A stretch of DNA of 63,704 nt from Bacteroidales bacterium (lineage in GTDB: Bacteria; Bacteroidota; Bacteroidia; Bacteroidales; P3): assembly GCA_017646685.1 (NCBI GenBank), contig JAGCLZ010000016.1, positions 1 through 63,704 of the forward strand. Reading direction: 5' to 3'. Shown here in pieces: positions 29,193 to 39,612 of the stretch (positions are counted from its first letter, which is position 1; the number at the start of each line of letters is the position of its first letter). The notes beneath the pieces were generated by a model. That model had not been told where the DNA came from, did not search any database, and saw nothing but the letters and a program-made list of their open reading frames with translations. Both the position numbers and the translations under genes were made by a program.

Positions 29193-29357
29193 GAATCCGT
29201 CAAATATTTATTTTCTTTTTTAGTTTTTGATATACATGTTTTTACACAAGCCTTATCAATGCTTCAAAATGATTGATTTGTACAAATCCGTCGTAAATAA
29301 CGGATTTGAACAGCAAAATACCGTAAATTGACAGCACGACAATTGAAAAAAACATAT

Positions 29358-29365
29358 TACCTTTG
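29358..29365 (+). promoter_or_regulatory. Orphan -7 box TAccTTTG with no CDS for about 650 nt
   Basis: tacctttgcatc. Downstream sequence is structured and has no credible ORF before 30017. Confidence 0.4.
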
Positions 29366-30016
29366 CATCACGAAAATAAAAAATAGATAAAACATTAGGC
29401 GAAAGAGGTGCCGATAGGCATCTGCGCCGCAGCACGGCAGAGGTAGTTTTTCTAAAAAAAAACAGGCCTATGCAAAGTAAATGAAGTTATAAGCAAAATG
29501 AACGAAACGATGAAACGAAAATAAAAAGCCTTGCAATGACGGTAAAGCGAAATACACCTGCAAGGCAACGACAAAAAAGAGGTGCAACCGCAAGGAGTGA
29601 AGCAAAAAAACAAAGCACGAAACGCTTCACCCTTGCCAGACAAAGCACCTTTTCAAAAAGGTCCTGCAATAAATTTTATTGTATGCTTTGCAAAATTAAT
29701 GCATAATTTGGGGATTATACCGGTTGTGGAACACTTTAAATATTTGAAGATATGGCGTAAATGAAATTTAGAAAATATGAATTAGTTGATTCTTTAAAGG
29801 ATTTATCAAACAAGAAATATCCAATATATCAATATGATAAAAATCTTGAATTGTACGAGATGTGATGTGATACTTGACGAAATTGAGAAATAGCTGTAAT
29901 AAAACATACAGCTCAAACGACTAATATGTGTATTAAGAAAAGTGAGAAGCAGAAACGATTGCAGAAATACTTTTATGGGATTGAAATTAAATGTTATATA
30001 TAAAATAAATAATTAA

Positions 30017-30634
30017 ATGATGAAAAGACTTTTTTTATTAGCAATTTGTTTTGTCGCAATGGCAGCAAATGCGCAGGAAAAGAAAGGCGGTTTTGCCTTA
30101 GAGGTAGGAGTGGGAACTTCAAATTATGGAAACTTATCGCCGGTATCGGTTTTTGCCGACCCAACAGATAGTTATGGACTTGTTGTAGCAGAGCATATCT
30201 CGGTAGGCTACTATAACAACAAAGGTTGGTTTATGGGCTTGATGGTGGATTGCAGTGCAGGTAACACAATCTTCCAAAACCTCAACGAGACATTTGTGAA
30301 TATCAACACCATGTTTGACATTCGTCGCAGTTTCAAATTGAATGATAAGTTTGACATTGAAGCCGGAGTTGCAATAGGATTGCTTGTTCATAACAATTCT
30401 TTCGATTATGCCAATGAACATCATTCATACACTCGCTATGGTTCAAGCGGATTTGCTTCGCTAGGATTGAACTATAAGGTTGCCGAAAATCAATATATTG
30501 GTCTCAGCGCCCGTTTCCCATATTTTAGTTCCTTTATGGATGACAAGCCTAGCTTGCCCACCGGTCTTGAAGCAACCAATAAGACTCAAACAGTTGGCTA
30601 TAGCTTACAACTAAGTTATGGAATAAGATTTTAA
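30017..30634 (+). CDS. Small outer-membrane beta-barrel protein (OmpW/porin-like fold guess)
   Basis: Signal peptide ending AANAQ, alternating beta pattern, and a C-terminal aromatic residue (YGIRF). Confidence 0.65.
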   Translation: MMKRLFLLAICFVAMAANAQEKKGGFALEVGVGTSNYGNLSPVSVFADPTDSYGLVVAEHISVGYYNNKGWFMGLMVDCSAGNTIFQNLNETFVNINTMFDIRRSFKLNDKFDIEAGVAIGLLVHNNSFDYANEHHSYTRYGSSGFASLGLNYKVAENQYIGLSARFPYFSSFMDDKPSLPTGLEATNKTQTVGYSLQLSYGIRF

Positions 30635-30745
30635 TCAACATAAATATTATGCAATAGATTTATCTTACAAGAGCCGTGCAACGGTACTATCCAAGCACGG
30701 CTTTTCAAAAGAAAAAAAGAATTTATACCCATAAAGTTAATACTT

Positions 30746-31240
30746 ATGAACAAATTACACAACATATTAATAGTTATAATAACTGCTATATTGAACGTCA
30801 TAGTTATGGGTTCATGCACCAAAGAAGATGATACACTCACAGCCGGCAACGAGCCTTCAACCACCACCACCGAAAACGAAACCACTGTATCGCTTACCGG
30901 CACCGAATGGAACCGCCATACGGAAGATACCATTGCCGAAGGTGATCTGTTGCTAATATCGGTGTCCGACAAAACTCTTAGGTTTGTAACTGATGATTAT
31001 GGTATGTTTATCAACAAGATTTACACCTACAGCAATACATTTAAAGATACAATATATCAAAATCATGATGATAGATATGATTACACTTTCGATGGCAAGA
31101 GGTACGGAACTATGCACGTGCATAATATCCAAGACTTAAGTTCTATAACAATGGATTATGATTTTGAATATTCTTCCGATGGGCAAACGCTAACCCTTTC
31201 GGCCAACGGCAAGGAGGGAGATTATAAGAGAGCTAAATAG
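30746..31240 (+). CDS. Lipoprotein (hypothetical)
   Basis: Lipobox VMGSC followed by a T/E-rich linker. 164 aa. Confidence 0.55.
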   Translation: MNKLHNILIVIITAILNVIVMGSCTKEDDTLTAGNEPSTTTTENETTVSLTGTEWNRHTEDTIAEGDLLLISVSDKTLRFVTDDYGMFINKIYTYSNTFKDTIYQNHDDRYDYTFDGKRYGTMHVHNIQDLSSITMDYDFEYSSDGQTLTLSANGKEGDYKRAK

Positions 31241-31500
31241 TTGGTAGTTATTGGTTTTGTTTAAAGTATAAATAATGTATTGGGCGTATGCTATACGCCT
31301 GTACGGATATATAGGTAGATAAATGTAGGGGCGAATCGCATTCGCCCGGCATAATACATTTGCCCAAATATTCATGGCAAAATTCATGGTATACCGTCAA
31401 CTCCGCCACACCCGGGTATTAACACGCCGACGGTATACCGTCACGAACCGGAAACCCGGGTGTGAAAAAACGCTGACATTATAGGGCGTTTTTTTCTGCC

Positions 31501-31580
31501 CCCGATGCCGTTGAAATTTCCTCGTGATGAAAATTGAACTCCCTCCCGATGTAAATAACACTGCATCGGGAGGGAATTTT
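31501..31580 (+). repeat. 80-bp hairpin repeat, family A (subtype with cccgatg motifs)
   Basis: 12-bp stem tccctcccgatg/catcgggaggga. Inverted near-copy at 60090-60169, with about 8 mismatches by hand alignment. Confidence 0.8.
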
Positions 31581-31953
31581 ATTACCTTAGATGATAAATT
31601 TGAAATTCCTGATGGATATAGTATGAACAAACGTTTTTTTTTGACTAATAGCCTCAGGCTTTTCAAGTTTTCCCTTTAGGTTTTTGCGTTTAGCCCCTAA
31701 CGTTATACCGGTCATCGGCAATGCAATTTTAGAAGTTATCTAAAACAAAAAGAATATTTCTGGATTAGACATAAAAAAGTAATATCCCTTGTAGCCGAAA
31801 TATAAAACATTTCTCTATGAAATTATACATCGTCAGCTTAATCAAGTTGTTGAAAACTACTTCTACGAACTACCATTATACTGTAAATATTCCAAGCCTC
31901 ATACTGTGGCGGGACTGTACATTTCGATGGTTTGTACCTCAAAGGCAAGGAAC

Positions 31954-32106
31954 AAGATGCTTAACCCCTTGGGATAAGATGCTTAACATGATGATACGTT
32001 TACGTTAGAACCATGGTTCCCCAAGCCGTTTGGGGATATATCCCAAGCCGTTTGGGAACCCTCCCCAAGCGGCTTGGGAGAGTTCCCCAAACGGCTTGGG
32101 GAACTA
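31954..32106 (+). repeat. Tandem 21-24-bp units (AAGATGCTTAAC x2, then four palindromic CCCAAGC-type units)
   Basis: aagatgcttaac at 31954 and 31976. Units ttccccaagccgtttggggatata / tcccaagccgtttgggaaccc / tccccaagcggcttgggagag / ttccccaaacggcttggggaacta. Confidence 0.75.
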
Positions 32107-32249
32107 TATATCGTACCATCTTGTGTTAAGCCTTTAAGCATAATAGATTATGAAGTTGAGGAAGATAATCCTTGAAATACTTAAGGCAACTTCTAAGAGG
32201 AGGGGTGCATTCTGCCAAAATTATCTTTCAGAAGTTGCCTATAGTTATA

Positions 32250-32936
32250 CTATATTGTTTTTGTCCAATCGATAGGTTCTTGTCCTTGGGCTGATAGTAT
32301 CTGGTTGGTTTGGCTGAAGTGTTTGCAGCCAAAGAACCCTCTGTATGCCGATAGGGGCGAAGGGTGGGGTGCTGTAAGTATATGATGTTTGGATGTGTCT
32401 ATCAGCTTGCTTTTGGCTATGGCAGGGTTGCCCCATAGCAGGAACACAATGCCGCTGCGTTGCTCCGATAGGTTGCTTATAACTCTGTCGGTAAACTGTT
32501 CCCATCCATGCCCGTAGTGCGAGCCTGCTTTGTGGGCACGTACTGTAAGTGTTGTGTTGAGCAGGAATACTCCCTGTTTGGCCCATCCTGTAAGGGTGCC
32601 GCAGGTAGTAGGTATATTGGTACCGATGTCGCTATTTATCTCCTTAAATATGTTTATTAGCGATGGGGGACATGCAATGCCTTGCGGCACCGAAAAACAC
32701 AAACCGTGGGCTTGGCCTTCGCCGTGGTAGGGATCTTGGCCCAATATTACCACTTTTACTTTATCGAACGGTGTGTGCCAAAAAGCGGCAAATATATCTT
32801 TTCCTTTGGGAAAGCACATGTATTGTTTGCGTTCTTCTACAAGGAAAGCTTTTAGATTGGCAAAATAGTCTGCTTCAAATTCGTGTTGGAGTACTTTCAA
32901 CCAACTTTCTTCTATTACGGGTTTTACTGCTTCCAT
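32250..32936 (-). CDS. ung: Uracil-DNA glycosylase
   Basis: ORF 32250..33071, with the realistic start MEAVKPV at 32936. Motifs GQDPYHG and HPSPLS. Confidence 0.9.
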   Translation of the reverse strand: MEAVKPVIEESWLKVLQHEFEADYFANLKAFLVEERKQYMCFPKGKDIFAAFWHTPFDKVKVVILGQDPYHGEGQAHGLCFSVPQGIACPPSLINIFKEINSDIGTNIPTTCGTLTGWAKQGVFLLNTTLTVRAHKAGSHYGHGWEQFTDRVISNLSEQRSGIVFLLWGNPAIAKSKLIDTSKHHILTAPHPSPLSAYRGFFGCKHFSQTNQILSAQGQEPIDWTKTI

Positions 32937-32966
32937 AGGTATGCAATATGTGTTTAAATGATTTTG

Positions 32967-32974
32967 CAAAGTTA
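32967..32974 (-). promoter_or_regulatory. -7 box TAacTTTG upstream of ung
   Basis: caaagtta on plus, 31 nt upstream of the ATG at 32936. This supports the shorter start. Confidence 0.5.
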
Positions 32975-33028
32975 CGAATAATATGTAAAACAAAAAAGCG
33001 AAACAACACTTGCGTTGTTTCGCTTCTT

Positions 33029-33113
33029 GTACTCCGGGCGGGACTTGAACCCGCACGACCGCAATGGTCACAGGATTTTAAGTCCTGCGTGTCTACCAAT
33101 TCCACCACCAGAG
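33029..33113 (-). tRNA. tRNA-Leu (anticodon UAA)
   Basis: Hand-folded cloverleaf: D-arm gtgg-aattggtaga-cac, anticodon loop cTTAAaa, long variable arm, T-arm gcggg-ttcaagt-cccgc. Confidence 0.85.
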
Positions 33114-33186
33114 CAGACTTTCCTTCGGCAACTAATCTCTTACGCCGAGTGTCAAAAAAAACCCGAACTATATTCGGGCTTCTTTG

Positions 33187-33259
<73 letters not shown>

Positions 33260-33306
33260 TTTTATCAATCTTTTCGAACAGGTCTTTTCTTGTTCGTTTG
33301 CGATTG

Positions 33307-33314
33307 CAAAGGTA
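33307..33314 (-). promoter_or_regulatory. -7 box TAccTTTG upstream of the tRNA-Gly/tRNA-Leu pair
   Basis: caaaggta on plus, about 48 nt upstream of the tRNA-Gly 5' end. Confidence 0.5.
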
Positions 33315-33344
33315 CGACTATTTTTGAAACTGACCAAATTTTTT

Positions 33345-35969
33345 TTACTTTTTCTTTACAATTTTTTTTATCTCGTTTAGTTTGAATAGTGCTTCTATGG
33401 GTGTAAGAGTGTCTATATCAATGTTTAATATTCTATCTCTAATATCTAATAAAGTTGGGTCGTCGAGCTGAATAAAACTGAGCTGATAGCCATTTTTTTC
33501 TGTTTTTTCATCGATTTTTTTCTGTTTTTTTCCGTTTTTCGACCTATTTTCTTCAATTTTTTCGCTCTTTTTTTCTAGAATTTCTAGCATATTTTGTGCA
33601 CGTTTTAGCACCTGAGGTGGCATACCTGCCATACGCGCCACATGTATTCCGAAGCTATGTTCGCTACCTCCTTCTACCAATTTTCTCAAAAATATCACTT
33701 TGTTGTCTATTTCTTTTACCGATATATGGTAGTTTTTTATTCTTTCAAATTGGTCTTCCATGTCTATCAGTTCGTGGTAGTGGGTAGCAAACATCACTTT
33801 TGGGCGGTATGTAGGGTGGTTGTGTAGGTATTCAGTTATAGCCCATGCTATGGATATTCCGTCGTAGGTGCTCGTGCCTCGTCCTATTTCGTCGAGCAGT
33901 ACAAGGCTGTGGTCTGATATGTTGTTCAGTATGTTGGCAGTTTCGTTCATCTCTACCATGAATGTCGATTCGCCCGACGATATATTGTCCGACGCTCCTA
34001 CGCGGGTAAATATTTTGTCTACCACACCAATCTCGGCTTTTCGTGCCGGCACGTAGCACCCTATTTGTGCCATAAGCACTATTAGCGCTGTTTGTCGTAA
34101 TAGGGCCGATTTACCCGACATATTGGGGCCGGTTATTATTATTATCTGCTGATCGTTGTCGTTGAGTAGTACATCGTTGGTTACATAGCTTTCGCCTATG
34201 GGTAGTTGTGTTTCTATCACCGGGTGTCGGCCGTCGTATATTCTTATGGTGTGGCTGTCGCTAAGTTCGGGTCGGCAGTAATTGTTGGCTAACGCCACAG
34301 TGGCAAAACTTTGCAGGCAGTCCAGCTGGGCTATCAGTTGTGCATCGTACTGTATGGGTTGTACATATTCTGTCAGAGCTATTAGCAGTTGTTCAAACAA
34401 TTGTGCTTCCAATACCGATATTCTTTCTTCGGCACCTAGTATTTTGTTTTCGTATTCTTTTAGTTCTTCGGTTATGTAGCGTTCGGCGTTGGTAAGGGTT
34501 TGTTTGCGTGTCCATGTTGCCGGCACTTTGTTTTTGTGAGTGTTGGTTACTTCCAGGTAGTAGCCAAACACGTTGTTGAAACCTATCTTTAGCGATGGTA
34601 TTCCTGTTTCTTCGCTTTCGCGTTGCTGTATTGCCGATAGGTAGTCTTTGCCAGACGACGATAGTAGCCTTAGTTCGTCCAACTCTTCGTTTACGCCTGT
34701 GGCTATAACATTGCCTTTGCTCACTACCACCGGGGCATCTTCGTTTATCTCTCGGGCTATTCTTTCGGCCATCATGGTGCATGGATTTAGTTTTTCGCCT
34801 ATAGCCCTCAACCATTCGTTTCCCGATGAGCAACATAGTATCTTTATCTCACTTACAGCCTCTAGCGAGTGTTGTAGATGTAGCATTTCGCGTGGGTTTA
34901 TACGTCCTACTGCCACTTTTGATATTAGGCGTTCAAGGTCGCCAATTACTTTTATTTGTTCTTTTATCCTATCGGCAAACTCTTCATCCTTTATCAAGAA
35001 ATCCACAACCTTCAATCGGTTTTCGATAAGTGTTATTTCTTTCAGAGGTAGTGTTATCCATCGGCGTAGCTGACGTGCACCCATTGGGGTGGTGGTGCGG
35101 TCTATGATATCGGTAAGGGTTTTGGCATTTTCGTTGGGCGAATATACAAGCTCCAAGTTGCGAGCCGTAAACTTGTCTATCCATACATATTTATCTTCCT
35201 CTATACGCGTTATTTTGCAAATGTGATTGTTGCGGTCGTGGCGTGTTTCGGACAGATAGTGCAGGGCAGCGCCGGCTGCCACTATTCCGGCTTCCAACTT
35301 ATCAACTCCAAAGCCTTTGAGCGATGTAGTGCCAAACTGTTTCAAAAGCAGTTCCTGGCCAAAGTCTAGTGTAAATACCCAGTCGTCGAATGTTTGCACG
35401 TAGTAATGCTCCGAAATGTTGTCGTTAAAAGTTTTGAGTTTCTTCTTCTGTAGTATTATTTCCGATGGTTTGAAGTTTTGTAGTAGCTTTTCTATATATG
35501 CCATATCGCCTTGAGCAACGTAAAATTCGCCTGTCGATACATCTAGAAATGCTATCCCATTTATTTTGTCGGCGAGGTGCAATCCACATAAGAAGTTATT
35601 TTCTTTTATTTCCAATACTTTGTCGTTGTATGAAACACCGGGTGTTACAAGTTCGGTTATGCCTCTTTTTACTAGTCCTTTAACTGTTTTTGGATCTTCG
35701 AGCTGCTCGCATATTGCTACTCTTAGGCCAGCTTTTACCAGCTTGGGAAGGTATATATCTATGGAATGGAATGGGAAACCGGCTAGCTCGCTGCCGGCTC
35801 GGCTTGTAAGGGTTATACCTAATATAGATGACGATTTTACGGCATCTTCGCCAAAGGTTTCGTAAAAATCGCCAACCCTAAACAACAACATCGCATCGGG
35901 ATGTTGCTTTTTTAAAGCATAGTATTGCTTCATCAAAGGGGTTTCCTTGTCTGTATCTTTTGTTGCCAA
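33345..35969 (-). CDS. mutS: DNA mismatch repair protein MutS
   Basis: 874 aa. Walker A GPNMSGKS and full-length MutS pattern. Confidence 0.95.
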   Translation of the reverse strand: MATKDTDKETPLMKQYYALKKQHPDAMLLFRVGDFYETFGEDAVKSSSILGITLTSRAGSELAGFPFHSIDIYLPKLVKAGLRVAICEQLEDPKTVKGLVKRGITELVTPGVSYNDKVLEIKENNFLCGLHLADKINGIAFLDVSTGEFYVAQGDMAYIEKLLQNFKPSEIILQKKKLKTFNDNISEHYYVQTFDDWVFTLDFGQELLLKQFGTTSLKGFGVDKLEAGIVAAGAALHYLSETRHDRNNHICKITRIEEDKYVWIDKFTARNLELVYSPNENAKTLTDIIDRTTTPMGARQLRRWITLPLKEITLIENRLKVVDFLIKDEEFADRIKEQIKVIGDLERLISKVAVGRINPREMLHLQHSLEAVSEIKILCCSSGNEWLRAIGEKLNPCTMMAERIAREINEDAPVVVSKGNVIATGVNEELDELRLLSSSGKDYLSAIQQRESEETGIPSLKIGFNNVFGYYLEVTNTHKNKVPATWTRKQTLTNAERYITEELKEYENKILGAEERISVLEAQLFEQLLIALTEYVQPIQYDAQLIAQLDCLQSFATVALANNYCRPELSDSHTIRIYDGRHPVIETQLPIGESYVTNDVLLNDNDQQIIIITGPNMSGKSALLRQTALIVLMAQIGCYVPARKAEIGVVDKIFTRVGASDNISSGESTFMVEMNETANILNNISDHSLVLLDEIGRGTSTYDGISIAWAITEYLHNHPTYRPKVMFATHYHELIDMEDQFERIKNYHISVKEIDNKVIFLRKLVEGGSEHSFGIHVARMAGMPPQVLKRAQNMLEILEKKSEKIEENRSKNGKKQKKIDEKTEKNGYQLSFIQLDDPTLLDIRDRILNIDIDTLTPIEALFKLNEIKKIVKKK

Positions 35970-36000
35970 AGTAATTAAGAGTTTTGTTTATAAACGTTTG

Positions 36001-36008
36001 CAAAGATA
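36001..36008 (-). promoter_or_regulatory. -7 box TAtcTTTG upstream of mutS
   Basis: caaagata on plus, 32 nt upstream of the ATG at 35969. Confidence 0.5.
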
Positions 36009-36104
36009 CTTCTTTTTTGTTATTGAGTGTTGGAGTTATCATTTTTACGTTTGCACAAAGAGTTGTATTGCTCTGAATTGTTGTGCTTTGTGGTTTGATA
36101 AGTT

Positions 36105-36190
36105 TTATACCCTATTGTCTTCGGATTTGCAGTAGGGTGTAAATGGATTGATGATATACTGTCAAATATTTCATGATAGGGTATTATTTT
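36105..36190 (-). repeat. Repeat with an accctattg...tagggtg hairpin and a gtatactgtcaa motif (family D)
   Basis: Matches 20905-20975 in the opposite orientation (ttgacagtata.., acaccctattgt..gtagggtgt). The ccctattgt motif also occurs at 6311. Confidence 0.6.
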
Positions 36191-36320
36191 TTTTGTTGGT
36201 CAATGTTTGTGTTTCTGCCCAAAGAGCTAATTCATCTGCCCGATTTGCTGGAAATATTCTGTGCATATCTTGTGGTTTATAGGGAGGGGGAAAATAAATC
36301 TGCCTAACGTTCTCGAAAAT

Positions 36321-36379
36321 ACATCGTGATGCAGATGAATTTTGATCGTGAAGAAAATTTATCTACATCACGATGTAGT
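36321..36379 (-). repeat. Hairpin repeat, family A (inverted relative of 20817-20878)
   Basis: cgtgatgcagatgaattttgatcgtga...ttatctacatcacgatgtag matches the reverse complement of the 20.8-kb copy. Confidence 0.65.
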
Positions 36380-36517
36380 ATTGTCTGCATGGGGTAGGGG
36401 AGTTGACGACATTGGGCGAAGGCTTAAAAACTATTTGGCATAATATAAATTAGCGAATACTATTTTTTATATAACGCCGTTATCGAAAAAAATAAAGTTT
36501 TTAAACATAATAATATC

Positions 36518-37231
36518 ATGAGTACAAATATGCTAACAGTTAAGAAAGTTTTTATTTTGGGAGTATGCATGGTGTTATCGTCCCTTGTGTTGGGAATGAT
36601 GATGGTGCGTACCGTAAAAAAGTTTAAGTCGTATGACGATACGGTGAAGGTTCGCGGTCTTTGCGAGCGGGAAGTTCCTGCCGACCGAGTGGTAATGCGT
36701 ATAAGCTATGGCCTTCAAGACAATGATTTTATTGCTTTGCGGAATTCGGTAGAAGAGGTGAATAATAAGATAATAGGAATACTTAAAAAATCGGGTTTCA
36801 CCAACGAAGAAATCAAATACAGCATGGCCGATTATACCGACCGCTATGGAAACTACTATTATAACTCTGATGATAAAATACGCTACCGCTATGCCGCCGA
36901 CCAGCGTATAAATGTTTTTACTTCGAATGTGGATGCAGTAGAAGAGGTGAAAAGTTTGATAGAAAGCGAGCTTATTAAGGAAGAAGTTATTGTAAACATA
37001 TATAACTCCTATGAATATAATGGATTGAACGACATAAAACCATCGATGATAGCCGAAAGTTTGGAAAATGCCCGTAACGCTGCCGACGAATTTGCCAAAA
37101 ACAGCCGTAGCAGAATTGGAAAAATGCGTACTGCCTCGCAGGGGTACTTTGAAGTGGAGGATTTGGACGAGAATACTCCGCAGATAAAGAAAATAAGAGT
37201 GGTAACAACGGTGGAATATTACCTGAAATAA
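36518..37231 (+). CDS. SIMPL (DUF541) domain protein
   Basis: 237 aa with an N-terminal anchor and a SIMPL-like pattern (VRGL.EREV.AD...). Confidence 0.7.
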   Translation: MSTNMLTVKKVFILGVCMVLSSLVLGMMMVRTVKKFKSYDDTVKVRGLCEREVPADRVVMRISYGLQDNDFIALRNSVEEVNNKIIGILKKSGFTNEEIKYSMADYTDRYGNYYYNSDDKIRYRYAADQRINVFTSNVDAVEEVKSLIESELIKEEVIVNIYNSYEYNGLNDIKPSMIAESLENARNAADEFAKNSRSRIGKMRTASQGYFEVEDLDENTPQIKKIRVVTTVEYYLK

Positions 37232-37253
37232 TTATGCCCGACTATGGTGTGTA

Positions 37254-37297
37254 TAAAAAAATAGGTGTTTGAACAAAAGTTCAAACACCTATTTTTT
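37254..37297. terminator. Bidirectional terminator between the SIMPL gene and folC
   Basis: Perfect 14-bp stem ataggtgtttgaac/gttcaaacacctat flanked by A-run and T-run. Confidence 0.8.
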
Positions 37298-38627
37298 ATT
37301 TAGTTTTATTGTCTTCGTTTTCTTCGGTATTATTAATTATGTTCAGCACGTCGGCTACAAGAAATATGCTTCCTGTTACGATAATTACATCGCCCCATTT
37401 GGCCGCATACTTGGCTGTTTCTAATGCCTGGGCGGGACTGGAAAATCGTTCGCCGTCGAGCCCTACTGATAGTGCGGTGTTGTGCAAAATATTTACGTCC
37501 AAACCGCGTGGCACCGATGGCGTACAGAAATAATATTTTGCCTTGGTAGGGAGCATCATAAGTATCTTTTCGTAATCTTTGTCGTTTACGCAACCATATA
37601 CTACGTGTAAGGTATCGTAATCCATAGTATTTAGCTTTGTCATCAAGTTCTTTATTCCATCTTCGTTGTGGGCAGTTTCGCAAACTATGGTAGGCGAAGT
37701 TGATACCACTTCCCATCGTCCGTGCAAACCAGTGTCGATAATTACACTTTCCACGCCTATTTTAAATGATGTGTCGGAGATTTGATATCCTTTTTCCCTT
37801 AGTATATCCACAGCTTGTGCCACAGTAGCAAGATTCTTTAATTGATAACTTCCTGCAAGCGGAGTTTTTACTTCGGAATAGTAGTCTTCACCTTTTCTTA
37901 TAAGTGCATGCATATAATCATCGCGGCTATCGTCCAATAGTTGTACGTTGAAATTTCTATCGGCAAAGTATATTTTGGATTCCATTTCCTTTGCTTTGTT
38001 TAGAAATACGTATTCTATTTCGCTTTGCGACTCGCCTATAATCACAGGGACGTTGTTTTTGATTATTCCTGCCTTTTCTTTGGCAATAGCCGGCAATGTT
38101 GAGCCAAGATATTGGGTGTGATCTAAACCGATATTGGTTATTATTGATAGTATTGGCTTTATCACATTGGTAGAGTCTAGTCTTCCGCCCATACCTACTT
38201 CTATCACTGCAATATCAACATTTTGTTCGGCAAAATAGCAGAAGGCCATTGCCACTGTCATCTCGAAGAATGATGGTTTCACCTCATCGAAAAGTGATTT
38301 ATGGGTGTTTACAAATTCTTCCACATACTCTTCGGAAACCATTGTTCCGTTGATACGGATTCTTTCTCGAAAGTCAACAAGATGTGGCGAGGTATACAAA
38401 CCCACTTTATAACCCGAGTTTTGTAACGTTGATGCCAGGAAGTGCGAAACGGAGCCTTTGCCGTTGGTCCCGGCAACGTGTATGGTTTTTATTTTCCGTT
38501 CGGGGTTCTTCAATGCTGCCATCAATTTTACAGTATTGGTGATGTCTTCTTTGTATGCAGCCTTGCCTATACGTTGGTACATGGGCAAACTATTATATAA
38601 ATACTCTAATACATCTTGATAAATCAT
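37296..38627 (-). CDS. folC: Folylpolyglutamate synthase / dihydrofolate synthase
   Basis: ORF 37296..38720, with the likely start MIYQDVLEYL at 38627. P-loop AGTNGKGS. Confidence 0.9.
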   Translation of the reverse strand: MIYQDVLEYLYNSLPMYQRIGKAAYKEDITNTVKLMAALKNPERKIKTIHVAGTNGKGSVSHFLASTLQNSGYKVGLYTSPHLVDFRERIRINGTMVSEEYVEEFVNTHKSLFDEVKPSFFEMTVAMAFCYFAEQNVDIAVIEVGMGGRLDSTNVIKPILSIITNIGLDHTQYLGSTLPAIAKEKAGIIKNNVPVIIGESQSEIEYVFLNKAKEMESKIYFADRNFNVQLLDDSRDDYMHALIRKGEDYYSEVKTPLAGSYQLKNLATVAQAVDILREKGYQISDTSFKIGVESVIIDTGLHGRWEVVSTSPTIVCETAHNEDGIKNLMTKLNTMDYDTLHVVYGCVNDKDYEKILMMLPTKAKYYFCTPSVPRGLDVNILHNTALSVGLDGERFSSPAQALETAKYAAKWGDVIIVTGSIFLVADVLNIINNTEENEDNKTK

Positions 38628-38709
38628 AGTAGTTCTTTTTTGCTTTGTAGAGTCTTTTTGTTTGTTTTGTAGTCGTTTATATTTTTTCAGTTGTATTAAA
38701 AATAATCTG

Positions 38710-38717
38710 CAAATATA
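38710..38717 (-). promoter_or_regulatory. -7 box TAtaTTTG upstream of folC
   Basis: caaatata on plus. It lies inside the long ORF extension, which argues for the 38627 start. Confidence 0.45.
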
Positions 38718-38808
38718 CAAAAAATATCCTTAGGCAACTTCAAAAAAATATTTGCAGATAGTTTGTGGGTTTATCTGCAAATATTTTCTGATTATTGTCA
38801 ATATATTT

Positions 38809-39450
38809 TTACATCAGAAAGGGGTTGAAGTTTTTTTCGTCGCCGATGGTGGTATTTGGGCCGTGACCGGGCAATACTTCGCAGTCGTTGTCGAGCACAA
38901 GTACCTTGGTATTGAGCATCTTCATCAGTACATCGTAGTCGCCGGTAGGTAGGTCGGTGCGTCCTATGCTTTGGCGGAACAGTACATCGCCTGTAAATAC
39001 CACTTTGGGGCTGTCAGCCACAAAAGCCATGCTGCCTGCTGCATGTCCGGGCACATATAGTGCTTTGAGGGCGGAGCTACCAAAATTGATAGTGGCGTTG
39101 TCGGTGATATATTCGGTCTGGAGGTCGTTCATATTCTTGGTTCCAAATCCCATGGCGTTGCCGTAGGCTTCGGCTTGTCCTAGGAAGGCTTGTCCGTCGG
39201 CGTGCATGGTTACGGGCAGCCCGTATGTTTCGCAAACGTAGCGTAGTCCGGCCACATGGTCGATGTGTGCGTGGGTAAGCAACACCTTTTTGGGTACAAG
39301 TTGGTTGTCGGTAATAAAGCCGGAGAGCTTCTTGTTTTCGGCATCGCTGTTCATTCCCGGATCTATGATGGCACATTCTTTACTTTCGTCCCAAACTATA
39401 TATGTGTTCTCGTCGAAGTGGTTAAATACAAATTGCTTTATCTTTATCAT
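38809..39450 (-). CDS. MBL-fold metallo-hydrolase (glyoxalase II-like)
   Basis: THAHIDH motif. 213 aa. Confidence 0.85.
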   Translation of the reverse strand: MIKIKQFVFNHFDENTYIVWDESKECAIIDPGMNSDAENKKLSGFITDNQLVPKKVLLTHAHIDHVAGLRYVCETYGLPVTMHADGQAFLGQAEAYGNAMGFGTKNMNDLQTEYITDNATINFGSSALKALYVPGHAAGSMAFVADSPKVVFTGDVLFRQSIGRTDLPTGDYDVLMKMLNTKVLVLDNDCEVLPGHGPNTTIGDEKNFNPFLM

Positions 39451-39572
39451 CTTGTCGTCGTTTTTTTATTTACGTTATATAATATATATGTGGAAGTAAC
39501 GCAATATGCCGCAGTTTAGTCTTCGGTTTGTAAAATAGGAAGCATTTTTGGCAATATTTCGGCAAAAAGTAG

Positions 39573-39580
39573 TAATTTTG
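39573..39580 (+). promoter_or_regulatory. -7 box TAatTTTG upstream of rnhA
   Basis: taattttgcaag lies 33 nt upstream of the ATG at 39613. Confidence 0.5.
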
Positions 39581-39612
39581 CAAGTTCTAAAAATATTATA
39601 AACATACCGAAA

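Noticed and set aside
33596-35865. Several ORFs inside mutS on both strands (for example 34393..34836(-) and 34648..35073(+)).
   Set aside because: They are alternative frames of a clearly intact 874-aa MutS gene.
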